Below are positions 8,642-17,915 of a stretch of DNA of 64,000 nt, one piece after another. The first letter of the stretch is position 1; every line of letters begins with the position of its first letter. Below the pieces are notes generated by a model. That model was not told the DNA's origin. It saw only the letters and a list, made by a program, of their open reading frames with translations, and searched no databases. The DNA is taken from the sequence record PV764938.1. One strand, given 5' to 3'. Made by a program: the position numbers and the translations under genes.

Positions 8642-8917
8642 ATGGCTAAAGAATATTCCCTCACTTACGTCGGCAAGAAGCTCGTAAAGATCAATCCGAG
8701 CCTGGGCATTCATAAGCCCTTCTATGTCCACGTCATTGAGTTCTACTCGGAATATTCGGACCATGCTCCGCAGCTGGATCAGATCATGAAGCTCGATGAC
8801 TGGAACGAGAAAACGTTCGGCGAACGTGCTTATTCGTTGGATCCCACCGACAACGGCGAATGGTTCAAGTTCAAATCCAAGGACCATGCCGAGCAGTTCC
8901 TCACAGCGAACCAATGA
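8642..8917 (+). CDS. divergent FKL-family protein
   Basis: GGAGATC RBS; ends WFKFKSKDHAEQFLTANQ. Confidence 0.7.
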   Translation: MAKEYSLTYVGKKLVKINPSLGIHKPFYVHVIEFYSEYSDHAPQLDQIMKLDDWNEKTFGERAYSLDPTDNGEWFKFKSKDHAEQFLTANQ

Positions 8918-9219
8918 TCTTCTATCCGGAATCGATCCTTTTGCGATCTTCCAAATATAGGGGTTCGCTTAGTAAGCTCCAGATGCGATTGGAGTACGAG
9001 ACGCTTGAGGAAGCGTATTTCTCTGTTCAATACTTGGAAGGGTTCAAGACGTACGAAGAGGGTGGGTGCAAACGCCATTACGAGGTCATGGCCACCCAAC
9101 ACTTCATTGACGAACGAACCGCCCTGGCCCATTATTTCTATCGACAGAAGATTGAGCCGTGGAAGATCGCGCACCTCGATGAAACCCTAGTCGCGCAATG
9201 GTGGCACGTTGGCCTATAA
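8914..9219 (+). CDS. hypothetical protein
   Basis: ATGA coupling, 101 aa. Confidence 0.6.
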   Translation: MIFYPESILLRSSKYRGSLSKLQMRLEYETLEEAYFSVQYLEGFKTYEEGGCKRHYEVMATQHFIDERTALAHYFYRQKIEPWKIAHLDETLVAQWWHVGL

Positions 9220-9451
9220 AAGCACCACACTTAAACCACTCGAACTCATCATCCCGCTCAGTCTCATGGACGTTGTCGATGGTATGTTCATCCTAAAACG
9301 TGATGTCTACGGTTGGTTGAATGACTTCGGCATATCAACTACTATGAGTCATGCTTGGGTTTGTGACGAGGAAGACTCATATAGTCTAGTCACGACTCAG
9401 GTTTTTGAATCGGAGAGGGACATGATGCTCTTTAAGTTGGCTTTCCTCTAA
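9209..9451 (+). CDS. FKL-motif family small protein
   Basis: Ends QVFESERDMMLFKLAFL. Confidence 0.75.
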   Translation: MAYKSTTLKPLELIIPLSLMDVVDGMFILKRDVYGWLNDFGISTTMSHAWVCDEEDSYSLVTTQVFESERDMMLFKLAFL

Positions 9452-9514
9452 AATTCTGGTTGACGTGTCTTCCTATTCTGCTAATATCAGAACATAGGAA
9501 GACAGGAGACGAAG

Positions 9515-10246
9515 ATGATTCCGACGCGCAACGAAGTAATGGCTTACGCAACTGCAAAGATCGAAGAGATCAAGGCATTCGCAAACACATATTTCGATCT
9601 GCAAATCGGAAGAATGCTCCTCGACATCAACTTCAAGGACACGAATCGTCTCGGCCTCGGCGGTCGCAAAAGTGGTCTGCCGTTCATGCGTCTGAATCTG
9701 GGTCGGCTCGTCAAGTACGAGATTCGCGGCTACAACGAATACGCAACGCTCAACTCCTACGTCGGCATCTCAAGCTTCTACACCACGGATTGGAAGCTGT
9801 GGATCGACGCACTTGTCGCCCACGAATTCGCCCACGTTGTGCAATTCGCGCTTCCGTACTCCACAAGCAACCTGCGGACCGGCGACAAATACTTCAACAA
9901 GCTGGGCCGGTACGAGAACGGTCACGGTCCTTTCTTCCGTGCAATCTACCGGGTTCTGCGTAACAAGTTCGTAAACGATCGGGTTACCGACTGCTATGGT
10001 CCGGTTCCGGTATTCGATATTCCTTCCGACGACATGCAGGAACGTATTGCGGCCAAGGTCGCAAAGCGCGCCAAGCAAATCTCGAAGGATCATCCGCTGA
10101 TGGGCTCGAAGATCCCCTACAAGGGCAAGGTCTACGTGATCAGCGAATTCAACAAGCGTGCGCCCAAGTATGCGCTTGTTGGTGTTGCAGCTTGCGGCGC
10201 TCGTCTCCGTATGCCGGAAAGCTACGCTCTCACACACCGCATCTAA
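9515..10246 (+). CDS. SprT-like zinc metalloprotease
   Basis: HEFAH zinc motif followed by HGPFF; promoter at 9460; AGGAG RBS. Confidence 0.7.
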   Translation: MIPTRNEVMAYATAKIEEIKAFANTYFDLQIGRMLLDINFKDTNRLGLGGRKSGLPFMRLNLGRLVKYEIRGYNEYATLNSYVGISSFYTTDWKLWIDALVAHEFAHVVQFALPYSTSNLRTGDKYFNKLGRYENGHGPFFRAIYRVLRNKFVNDRVTDCYGPVPVFDIPSDDMQERIAAKVAKRAKQISKDHPLMGSKIPYKGKVYVISEFNKRAPKYALVGVAACGARLRMPESYALTHRI

Positions 10247-10306
10247 TATTGACTTTGACACTCCTGGTTCCGTACAATCATCGGAGCATACCAGGAGTGT
10301 CATATC

Positions 10307-10891
10307 ATGGAAATACTTTTCGAGAACAATTTTGACGAGCTGATCGAAACCGCGTGGGCTAATTTCTTTGCCGCCTTTCCGATGGCTCCTTCCTATATGG
10401 GCACTCCTGAGGAAACCAAACCCTACGGCCTCGTCTATACAGGCGGTGGCAAGACCGAACACGGTGAAGCGGTAATCCTGTACGATCCCGAAACTAACCA
10501 TCCCTATGAGATGCTAGTTCGCAGCGTCAAGGACAACGAATCATATCGTTGGGTACATCCGGCGTACTACCGCAAGCGAACCGAGCTCGTTGGTTACCAT
10601 AATCCGTCTACGACGTTAAGCCCGCTCGATGTTGAGGAGAAGTGGCACGAGACGGAATCCATCGAGGATATCATCGACAAGATCGAGAAGATCCTGCGTG
10701 GTGAAGAACATGATCACAAAGTGGTCATCGTGCTGGATCTTGAAGAGCAGCATATTGCGTTCTACGATAAGCTGGCCGAGAAGAAAGGCATCACGCGGGA
10801 TGAGGCCATCGAGTTCACTATCCGAAAGGAACTGACGAAGCTCGACAAAAAGGCGTTTCCGAATGGCCATCCTGATTCCTTTAACCCGTAA
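10307..10891 (+). CDS. hypothetical protein with possible C-terminal ribbon-helix-helix-like segment
   Basis: AGGAG RBS; ends IVLDLEEQHIAFYDKLAEKKGITRDEAIEFTIRKEL. Confidence 0.65.
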   Translation: MEILFENNFDELIETAWANFFAAFPMAPSYMGTPEETKPYGLVYTGGGKTEHGEAVILYDPETNHPYEMLVRSVKDNESYRWVHPAYYRKRTELVGYHNPSTTLSPLDVEEKWHETESIEDIIDKIEKILRGEEHDHKVVIVLDLEEQHIAFYDKLAEKKGITRDEAIEFTIRKELTKLDKKAFPNGHPDSFNP

Positions 10892-11159
10892 GCACCTGAA
10901 ATTCTCGTTCGATTACATGGGCGGGATGAAGCTAATCGATTTCAACGGCTTCCCAGCACATCTGTCGGATGAAATCGAAGAATGGCTTACCGCGCAAGGC
11001 ATTTCCTATGGATTCGTCTATGGGAAGGCTGTGAGCCATTCGGAGAGTGAGTCCGAAGTCTTCAAGCGACCTATAAAGAAAAGTGATGTTCGTCTTCACT
11101 TCTGGCTTGAATTCGATAATTCACAACATGCCATGCTATTCAGACTTACTTGGTGTTGA
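10863..11159 (+). CDS. FKL-motif family small protein
   Basis: IEEWLTAQG...LEFDNSQHAMLFRLTWC. Confidence 0.8.
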   Translation: MAILIPLTRKHLKFSFDYMGGMKLIDFNGFPAHLSDEIEEWLTAQGISYGFVYGKAVSHSESESEVFKRPIKKSDVRLHFWLEFDNSQHAMLFRLTWC

Positions 11160-11237
11160 CAACCCGTAGGACTCTGTTATGTTGCGCTGGTAACAGGAAC
11201 AAGTCAGTTTCCCGCAACTAACACGGAAGGATCGATA

Positions 11238-11417
11238 ATGTCGAAGTTTGGTAAGGCCGCCGAAGAGATGAACACCATCAACAGCGACGGTAAGGCTTTC
11301 AACGGCAACTACGGCGCCGCCGCAATCGCGTTCGGTATCATCGGCATCGCAATTGCCATCGGCCTCTTCTCGGTCGGTTCCGGGATCGTCCAGTCGGCTC
11401 TCGCCGCGATCAAGTAA
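11238..11417 (+). CDS. 59 aa membrane protein (not in ORF track)
   Basis: GGAAGG RBS; MSKFGKAAEEMNTINSDGKAFNGNYGAAAIAFGIIGIAIAIGLFSVGSGIVQSALAAIK; promoter at 11156. Confidence 0.7.
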   Translation: MSKFGKAAEEMNTINSDGKAFNGNYGAAAIAFGIIGIAIAIGLFSVGSGIVQSALAAIK

Positions 11418-11421
11418 TCGG

Positions 11422-11468
11422 CTAGCTCGCCCGCTAACAAAGCTTTGTGCTAATTAGTGGGCGAGCTT
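11422..11468 (+). terminator. long hairpin (terminator or processing site)
   Basis: AGCTCGCCCGCTAA pairs with TTAGTGGGCGAGCT. Confidence 0.55.
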
Positions 11469-11488
11469 CACACCATCGGAGAAATGCA

Positions 11489-11776
11489 ATGAACGTGACT
11501 AGCCTTCACCCGCTCAATACGGTAAATTCCAAGTACCTGAGCTTCAAGAACAACACGTTTGTTGCCGAGATCTCCGACTTCGGCCCTGACTTCCAGTTCA
11601 AGGTCGATGACCTGGGTATTCCCAGCTTCTTCATTCAGAGCGAGAAGACCGGCGAAGTTCGCACGTTCCGCTTTATCGTGGACGCCCGCAATGCGGACAA
11701 CGAAGTGACGGAAATGATCTTCCGTTGCACGGATCCCGCGCACAAGCATTTGACGGCCAGGATCTTCAATGACTGA
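11489..11776 (+). CDS. hypothetical protein
   Basis: GGAG RBS; phage-like codon usage. Confidence 0.7.
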   Translation: MNVTSLHPLNTVNSKYLSFKNNTFVAEISDFGPDFQFKVDDLGIPSFFIQSEKTGEVRTFRFIVDARNADNEVTEMIFRCTDPAHKHLTARIFND

Positions 11777-12104
11777 TGAGACCAAACGTCCCCTGAGCCA
11801 TGCGGAAGTGAACCAACTCATCGCGGACAAAACAATCCGCGACCAGTTCACGATCATCTCCTATGGCCTCAATACGACTCGCGAGAAACGTCGTGAGATT
11901 CGTAATTGGTGCGCCAACAATGTCACGGGACGTTGGTTCTCCCACAGCAATACGGTCCAAGTTAACCAGGAAAACAATTATAAGTCTGGTCCAACATGGT
12001 TCTCATCAAGGCCAGCAGTCAAGATCACTGCCTATTATGGCTTCGATAATCGAGTCGATGCCACGCTATTCCGTTTGACATGGGGCGGCGATATCGCCGA
12101 GTGA
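11769..12104 (+). CDS. FKL-motif family small protein
   Basis: IRNWCANNVTGRW...YGFDNRVDATLFRLTWG. Confidence 0.8.
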   Translation: MTDETKRPLSHAEVNQLIADKTIRDQFTIISYGLNTTREKRREIRNWCANNVTGRWFSHSNTVQVNQENNYKSGPTWFSSRPAVKITAYYGFDNRVDATLFRLTWGGDIAE

Positions 12105-12161
12105 ATCCTGGTTGACTTGGACGTTTCCTGTGTTAGTGTGAGCTGACACAGGAGATCTTTT

Positions 12162-12938
12162 ATGAGTATGGACCCGAATATTCCGAGCATTGCATCCTAC
12201 AACGTCGAAATGCGCAAGAGCATGATCGATAAGATCGTGTTCATGGACAAAATCGATGCGCAGGTCATTGTCGACTTCGGTTGCGCGGATGGTTCTACCA
12301 TCGCATTCATGCAAGCGATCTTCCCTGAAATCATCTACGTGGGCTATGACATCTCCGAAGAGATGCTTGATCTGGCCCGCAAGAATTGCCCAGGCGTACA
12401 GTTCTTTTCCAACTGGGATGAACTCAAGGCACACACTCTTACACTCGACGGCAACAAAGCGGTTCTCCTCAACAGCCTGATCCACGAGGTCTACTCCTAC
12501 GGCTCGACACATGATGTCGAAGTTTTCTGGGATCGCGTTTACGATGCCGAGTTGTTCCACTACGTCGTCATCCGAGATATGGTCATTTCGGATTCGGTCA
12601 CCCGCAAGAGTGACCCGCTCAGCGTGATCCGTATCCGTCAGAACTATGATCAGGCCAAGCTCCGCGAGTTTGAAAACCAGTGGGGAAGCATTAACGAGAA
12701 CTGGCCGCTCGTCCACTTCCTCTTGAAGTATCGGTACGAACGCAACTGGGCGCGTGAGGTCAAGGAAAACTATCTGCCGGTATCCCTGGAGAACCTGATC
12801 GGCCGTATTCCCAAGGGTTGGGACCCTGTTGATTACAAGCATTATGTGCTACCGTTCACTCGACGGACCATCAAGCAGGATTTCAACATCGACCTGCAGG
12901 ATCCCACCCATTTGCAGTTGATTCTGGAACGGATCTAA
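12162..12938 (+). CDS. class I SAM-dependent methyltransferase
   Basis: IVDFGCADG motif I; GYDISEEML motif II. Confidence 0.8.
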   Translation: MSMDPNIPSIASYNVEMRKSMIDKIVFMDKIDAQVIVDFGCADGSTIAFMQAIFPEIIYVGYDISEEMLDLARKNCPGVQFFSNWDELKAHTLTLDGNKAVLLNSLIHEVYSYGSTHDVEVFWDRVYDAELFHYVVIRDMVISDSVTRKSDPLSVIRIRQNYDQAKLREFENQWGSINENWPLVHFLLKYRYERNWAREVKENYLPVSLENLIGRIPKGWDPVDYKHYVLPFTRRTIKQDFNIDLQDPTHLQLILERI

Positions 12939-13240
12939 TGGGGTTCACATTCAAGCATAGTGAGGTTCCATTGGGTATTCCTCGTGGAACCCCAGAGGAT
13001 CCAAATTTCGGAATGGATTGGCACCAGATCCGTGTCCGCTTTCCTCGCGAATCCAAGCGCATTGAAGAGTACCGTGACTTTTCAATTGATATGAAAATCT
13101 GGTGCTACATAAATTTGGGTCAACGCGATTTCTGGGCAAACTGGGAAATGCGTGATTGGCTTGAGTTCGATGACTTTCTCGTTGACTTCTGGTTTATCCA
13201 CAAGGCCCACGCAATGGCATTCAAATTGAGGTTCGCATGA
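12938..13240 (+). CDS. FKL-motif family small protein
   Basis: KIWCYINLG...FWFIHKAHAMAFKLRFA. Confidence 0.8.
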   Translation: MGFTFKHSEVPLGIPRGTPEDPNFGMDWHQIRVRFPRESKRIEEYRDFSIDMKIWCYINLGQRDFWANWEMRDWLEFDDFLVDFWFIHKAHAMAFKLRFA

Positions 13241-13464
13241 ACTTCTATTACACCACTGTGGATTTCAAGGGCATCGGCAATCATCGCATCACTGTATTTG
13301 CGGATGATGCCAAAGCTCTCGTCGGCAAATACAGCGAGTTCCGCGGTTGGTGCGAAGAGAATTGTTCCGGCGAATATTTGGTTCGCCAGCGTGGATCAGA
13401 TGAGATCGACATCTTTTTCCATGAAAAGACCAAAGCAATGGAATTCAAGTTGGTGTTCGGATGA
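13237..13464 (+). CDS. FKL-motif family small protein
   Basis: RGWCEENCSG...IFFHEKTKAMEFKLVFG. Confidence 0.8.
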   Translation: MNFYYTTVDFKGIGNHRITVFADDAKALVGKYSEFRGWCEENCSGEYLVRQRGSDEIDIFFHEKTKAMEFKLVFG

Positions 13465-13757
13465 AATACTTTCTCAACGAAAAAGATTGGTCCAAAACGG
13501 TCGAGCCCTGGGCCCAAGCATACCTCGGAGACTACCAACATTGTATGGTATTGAGCTGGCCCGACTGGGACGAGCACAAGTTGGCGATCGGTGAATCCAA
13601 ACAACGGCGTGCGGAAGTTATCGACGATATGATATTTTGGTGTCAGCAGAGCCTTCCAAGCGAAGCGTTTGCTGTTGTGGGTGAGCGGCGAATTGTCACG
13701 TGTTTCTTCTTCAAGCAACGCGACTATATGATGCTGTTTAAGCTTGCTCACGCATGA
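13461..13757 (+). CDS. FKL-motif family small protein
   Basis: IFWCQQSL...FFFKQRDYMMLFKLAHA. Confidence 0.8.
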   Translation: MKYFLNEKDWSKTVEPWAQAYLGDYQHCMVLSWPDWDEHKLAIGESKQRRAEVIDDMIFWCQQSLPSEAFAVVGERRIVTCFFFKQRDYMMLFKLAHA

Positions 13758-14020
13758 AGTACCGCCTCGTTGAAAATCCGCGAATGTTCTATCCGTTTGA
13801 TTTTTATCGGTACGATCATTGTCTGATACTTGACTGGCTCGATAATTCCTCTGATTACGAACGGATGCTCTTTCTGAAAGAAGTGCGTGCTTGGGTGTTT
13901 GAGAACCTTGAATGTCTCGGTGAATGCGCAGTTGATCAGAAAACTCAGTACCATCATATCACCTATTTCTATTTCATGAATCCAAAGCAGATGGTACTTT
14001 TTAAGTTAAGGTGGTCTTAA
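13754..14020 (+). CDS. FKL-motif family small protein
   Basis: RAWVFENL...FYFMNPKQMVLFKLRWS. Confidence 0.8.
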   Translation: MKYRLVENPRMFYPFDFYRYDHCLILDWLDNSSDYERMLFLKEVRAWVFENLECLGECAVDQKTQYHHITYFYFMNPKQMVLFKLRWS

Positions 14021-14068
14021 TAAATTGACTAGGGCATTCCTCCCTGTGTAAGACTCCATTACAGACAA

Positions 14069-14395
14069 ATGGAGACTTCAATGGAAAAAGACTACGAATT
14101 CGAGCAGACTGAAGAGCACAAGGCAAAAGTTGCCGAGCGTAAAGCAAAGCTGAAGGCCGAAGCTGAAGCCGCAGTCATTGCAAAGGCCAAGGCTGCAAAG
14201 CGTCGTGTCATCGACGTCGATGCTACTCTCAAGCTGCTTCGTGAACTCAAGAAGGTTTCGCCGACTTGGGGCAACGATATGACTCCAGATCGTCTCCGTT
14301 ACATGGTGAAGACTGCCTGTGTCGCACACATGGTTGACGCTATCACGCTTACGGGTGCGCGTCTGAACTGCAACACGGCTAATCGGGTGCGTTAA
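14069..14395 (+). CDS. hypothetical protein
   Basis: Lys/Ala-rich helix; promoter at 14025; start may be 14081. Confidence 0.65.
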   Translation: METSMEKDYEFEQTEEHKAKVAERKAKLKAEAEAAVIAKAKAAKRRVIDVDATLKLLRELKKVSPTWGNDMTPDRLRYMVKTACVAHMVDAITLTGARLNCNTANRVR

Positions 14396-14673
14396 TGACT
14401 GTTGGCGTTTATAAGTTCTACTGCGATTTCCGTCGCATGGGTGATCTCGAAGGTGTTTTCGTTTCCAACTCCGAAGACATCAAGGCTGCAATTGGCCAGA
14501 CCGCATACTTCGGCGAAGTCCTCGGCAAGCATTCGGATGTTTGGTGCGAACTCGACGATTCCATGTTCACGCTGGTCAGCGAAGACCCGAACGTGGTTGA
14601 TGTTATCGTCAAGCACCGACTTTCCAGCGGCTACAATCCGCTGTCCTACATAAATCAGGAAGACGACGAATAA
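14395..14673 (+). CDS. hypothetical acidic protein
   Basis: TAATG coupling; 92 aa. Confidence 0.7.
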   Translation: MTVGVYKFYCDFRRMGDLEGVFVSNSEDIKAAIGQTAYFGEVLGKHSDVWCELDDSMFTLVSEDPNVVDVIVKHRLSSGYNPLSYINQEDDE

Positions 14674-14740
14674 TCCTGGTTGACTCCTTCGATTCCTATG
14701 TTACTATATGAGTACAAGATAGGAATCGAAGGAGAAAACA

Positions 14741-14974
14741 ATGTCAGGTGGTTACGGCGCAGCACGGTCTGGTAAGATCAAGGTAAAGGCAGAGATCCGC
14801 TTCAAGGGTTTCACACGCCGCGTTCGGACACACCTGTTCATTTCCGTGTACGATGACGCAATCGCAGTTGTCGACCGTATCGAGCGCAAATTCGACGCTC
14901 CGCTCGAAGTTCTCCGCATTCGCACAATCGACGGCTACGAACTGTTTGCGGCCCCTGAGAAGAAGGCGGCCTAA
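14741..14974 (+). CDS. hypothetical protein
   Basis: AAGGAG RBS; promoter at 14680. Confidence 0.7.
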   Translation: MSGGYGAARSGKIKVKAEIRFKGFTRRVRTHLFISVYDDAIAVVDRIERKFDAPLEVLRIRTIDGYELFAAPEKKAA

Positions 14975-14975
14975 C

Positions 14976-15176
14976 ATGACCCAGCGCGTTCTCTACAAGG
15001 GTTATACGATCTATTACGATCCGAAGCCGATCCCCACCGACAAAATGGACTGGAGCTGGTATCATCAGGATTTCGATGGTGCTCCCGATAGCAACGATCG
15101 CCGCTGTGGCGCATCTGCAAGCATCGAAGCTGCCATCCTGGACATCAATGATCTGATCGAGGACATGGACGAATGA
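14976..15176 (+). CDS. hypothetical protein
   Basis: 66 aa; AAGG RBS. Confidence 0.65.
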   Translation: MTQRVLYKGYTIYYDPKPIPTDKMDWSWYHQDFDGAPDSNDRRCGASASIEAAILDINDLIEDMDE

Positions 15177-15562
15177 TCGCCAAGCTAAAATTCTGGGCAC
15201 AACGTTTCGCTTGTGTATTTGGGTATCACGACTGGCTTTCAGTTCGTGGCTCCCGCAAGGAAACCGGCTTCACAACTTCCCATTACTGGTTCATGATCCA
15301 CGAAATGCAGGAAGATGAAGTCTGCGAATGCTGCCGGCTCCATCGGACGAAGTTCGGCCTGATCCCGCCCATGTATAACTACGATCGCCAAAGGGGCAAA
15401 TACACGTTCAACAAATCGGGCTGGCCGCTCGATGCCGATGGTAAACAGCTTCCCAGCTACGTGAGCGCCGGCATCTCCAGCACGTATCAGTGGCATCCCA
15501 AGCCGAAGTATCACGGCAAGGCAGGACCGGAAGTCGAAGGTTATCGTCCGGCGTTCGGATAA
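15173..15562 (+). CDS. hypothetical protein, possible Cys/His metal site
   Basis: ATGA coupling; CxxGxHDW...CECCRLH. Confidence 0.6.
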   Translation: MIAKLKFWAQRFACVFGYHDWLSVRGSRKETGFTTSHYWFMIHEMQEDEVCECCRLHRTKFGLIPPMYNYDRQRGKYTFNKSGWPLDADGKQLPSYVSAGISSTYQWHPKPKYHGKAGPEVEGYRPAFG

Positions 15563-15572
15563 GGAGATCCTA

Positions 15573-15863
15573 ATGAAGCGCAACAAACGTGGTATTAGGG
15601 TTCCTGGAATCCGCAACCGACTCAACGGCGACGATGATCTCGGTCTCTATGCGCTGATGGATTGGTATTGCCAGCCGCAGCTCACATTCAACGATGTGAG
15701 AGGTCGGGCGATCAAGTATGCGGACCTTTATCACAAGGCTCACGACGCTTACTTCAAAGGCAGAAACAGCGACCGTCATCGCATCCAGGTCAACACGCTG
15801 GAGATCAAAGTCACAACGTTGATGCTCGTCCTTAAGGATTGGAATGCTCGAAAATTTAGTTGA
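15573..15863 (+). CDS. hypothetical protein
   Basis: AAGGAGATC RBS. Confidence 0.65.
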   Translation: MKRNKRGIRVPGIRNRLNGDDDLGLYALMDWYCQPQLTFNDVRGRAIKYADLYHKAHDAYFKGRNSDRHRIQVNTLEIKVTTLMLVLKDWNARKFS

Positions 15864-15896
15864 CACTTTGGTACAACGGTACTAAATAAGAGATAC

Positions 15897-15997
15897 GTTC
15901 TGTAGTTTAAGCCTCCAAATAGCTTTGGCGAAATTGAGTGGTGTAGAACAGCAAGCATTGCTTGGTCGGTTTGGGTGCGAATCCCGACGGAACTACA
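15897..15997 (+). ncRNA. aberrant tRNA-like RNA (D-loop insertion, collapsed anticodon loop)
   Basis: 7-bp acceptor GTTCTGT/ACGGAAC; D stem GTTT/GAAC; T arm TTGGG-TGCGAAT-CCCGA; ~30 nt extra in D loop; no CCA. Confidence 0.55.
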
Positions 15998-15998
15998 T

Positions 15999-16074
15999 GG
16001 GATGGTGTTCCGGAATGGCACGGAAGCGCCTGCAAAGCGTTCGAATGTGGGTTCGATCCCCATCCATCCCTCCA
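15999..16074 (+). tRNA. tRNA-Cys(GCA)
   Basis: GGGATGG/CCATCCC acceptor, U73, CCA; loop CT-GCA-AA. Confidence 0.88.
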
Positions 16075-16090
16075 ATTCCCCTGAGATATC

Positions 16091-16450
16091 ATGCCGTTAA
16101 TCACTTATCCAGTTTCGATTCCCATTGAGGAACGTAGACATCCGCATGATTGTCTAAGCATGTTTGTCAACTGTGGCAACGAACGGTCAGTCGAGAGATG
16201 GGCCAACGAACAGGTGTTCAACGTGTACGAGTACAAGGGATGGCATCGAACCTACTTTTTCGACGAAACTTCCCATTACATTCTCTTGATGCTCGAAGTA
16301 CCGCAACGCGGCTACCTTCTGAATAAGCCACATAACGAAAAGTTCATGCCGTTTTACGAGACATGGCGCAAAGGTTATGATGAACGGCAAGAAGCGTATA
16401 AGGCGAAGATCCGGGCCGAGCGTATTGCTCGCGGAGAGAAGGTTGACTAA
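16091..16450 (+). CDS. hypothetical protein, possible divergent FKL-family member
   Basis: VERWANEQ...YFFDETSHYILLML. Confidence 0.6.
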   Translation: MPLITYPVSIPIEERRHPHDCLSMFVNCGNERSVERWANEQVFNVYEYKGWHRTYFFDETSHYILLMLEVPQRGYLLNKPHNEKFMPFYETWRKGYDERQEAYKAKIRAERIARGEKVD

Positions 16451-16491
16451 ACCGTAGCCTATGTTAGGATTTCCTTGTATGGAGATCGAAC

Positions 16492-17538
16492 ATGACACTT
16501 TTTGCGGACAAACTACTCTACAAGAAGAATTGGCATACGAGTTCATATGCGATGTATGCTTTCGACAGTTTTGCCCCAAAGCTGTATCAGTCCAGGGTGA
16601 TCTCACTAGATGATCACGCCGCAAAACTTGCCCATGATCTCTCCCTGAAATTAGACCTCTTGGAGATCCACAACAATCTCCGTTTCCTTCGATTGCCGAG
16701 TGAGCGCATTTGGATCGAAATGTCCCGTCGTGCGTTCTTCGAAAATCCAACCCTTGAAGAAGGGCGTGTGGGATACCTTCTCGAACGCACAAGCGAGACT
16801 GGCTTCCGTATCTCGATGATCGAGGAAATGATCACCGATTTCGATGATGCAATTCTCCCAGTCGTCGTGAGTTTCCAGTTTGATTCCGACTTTGAGAAGC
16901 TTAATCACTCAAATCCGATGAAGCTTTCCCATCAACAGAAGATGAGGTATTGCTTTGGCTTCGGATATAAGCCAGACGAAGATGGTCTTGATCTTGAAGT
17001 TCGTTGGCTCACCCAGCACGCAGATGTGCAGTTCCTATCGGACTTCTATGCGGAACAATATCGTACATTGGGAGCAGAGCGGGCATTCTTTGAGACACTG
17101 AATGAGGTCTCCGGGACCGTCCGTCATATCTTGGCGATGGTGCTGCTCATGCACTTCCCGCCAGTCTCCTTTTACGCGAGGAAGCCACAGGGCGGCCGTC
17201 GGATCATTAACGGTCAAAGCCGTCCCTATTTGCGTGTCGAGGATATGCAGGTAGCATGGCCCAAGCGTAAACCCGTAAACGTGTTGCGCTGGGTCAAGAA
17301 TGAGCTACCCAAGGAACCAGTCCACAAACGCGCACACGATGTGGACGGACATTGGCGTAGACTTCGCCCACTCACCGACGACGAGCTTGATGCACTGAAC
17401 AAGCCGCGTTCGCTGCTCGCACCCCACGAGTTCTACAAACACACTTGGGTCCGTGAGCACCAACGTGGTGATGCAAAGCTGGGCTTTGTTCACAAACGCA
17501 AGCATATTGTGGCAAATGAAAACTTGAATTCCATCTAG
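16492..17538 (+). CDS. hypothetical protein with His-rich C-terminal GHWR motif
   Basis: 348 aa; HKRAHDVDGHWR...WVREHQRGDAKLG; GGAGATC RBS. Confidence 0.75.
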   Translation: MTLFADKLLYKKNWHTSSYAMYAFDSFAPKLYQSRVISLDDHAAKLAHDLSLKLDLLEIHNNLRFLRLPSERIWIEMSRRAFFENPTLEEGRVGYLLERTSETGFRISMIEEMITDFDDAILPVVVSFQFDSDFEKLNHSNPMKLSHQQKMRYCFGFGYKPDEDGLDLEVRWLTQHADVQFLSDFYAEQYRTLGAERAFFETLNEVSGTVRHILAMVLLMHFPPVSFYARKPQGGRRIINGQSRPYLRVEDMQVAWPKRKPVNVLRWVKNELPKEPVHKRAHDVDGHWRRLRPLTDDELDALNKPRSLLAPHEFYKHTWVREHQRGDAKLGFVHKRKHIVANENLNSI

Positions 17539-17576
17539 GCACTCTGTTAGCTAAACGCTAACAAAGGTGCCTTTCC

Positions 17577-17915
17577 ATGATATCCTACATTACTGAGTCC
17601 GAAATTCTTAAACTGCCTACGTATGTCTGTGCGCGAACAACTCGTCTCCAATACGAGAACGCCGTGATGATGTGGAACCTGATTCACGACGAGAAGATGG
17701 AAGTCTACGTCTATGATTCCATCTTGGATAAACGGCTGGCCAGTGCTAGGCGCTATGATAGCGAGCATCGACTAACCGTTCACAACTTGATTATTTCGGA
17801 TTATCTTGTATTCGTACATCAGTGGGAACTTATCAAGTGCCGACTCTGCGGAGATTATTCATTCGAGGTCGTGCGCAGCGACAAGGACTATAAACTGGAA
17901 GAGCAAAATGGCTGA
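17577..17915 (+). CDS. hypothetical protein
   Basis: 112 aa ORF in operon. Confidence 0.6.
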   Translation: MISYITESEILKLPTYVCARTTRLQYENAVMMWNLIHDEKMEVYVYDSILDKRLASARRYDSEHRLTVHNLIISDYLVFVHQWELIKCRLCGDYSFEVVRSDKDYKLEEQNG

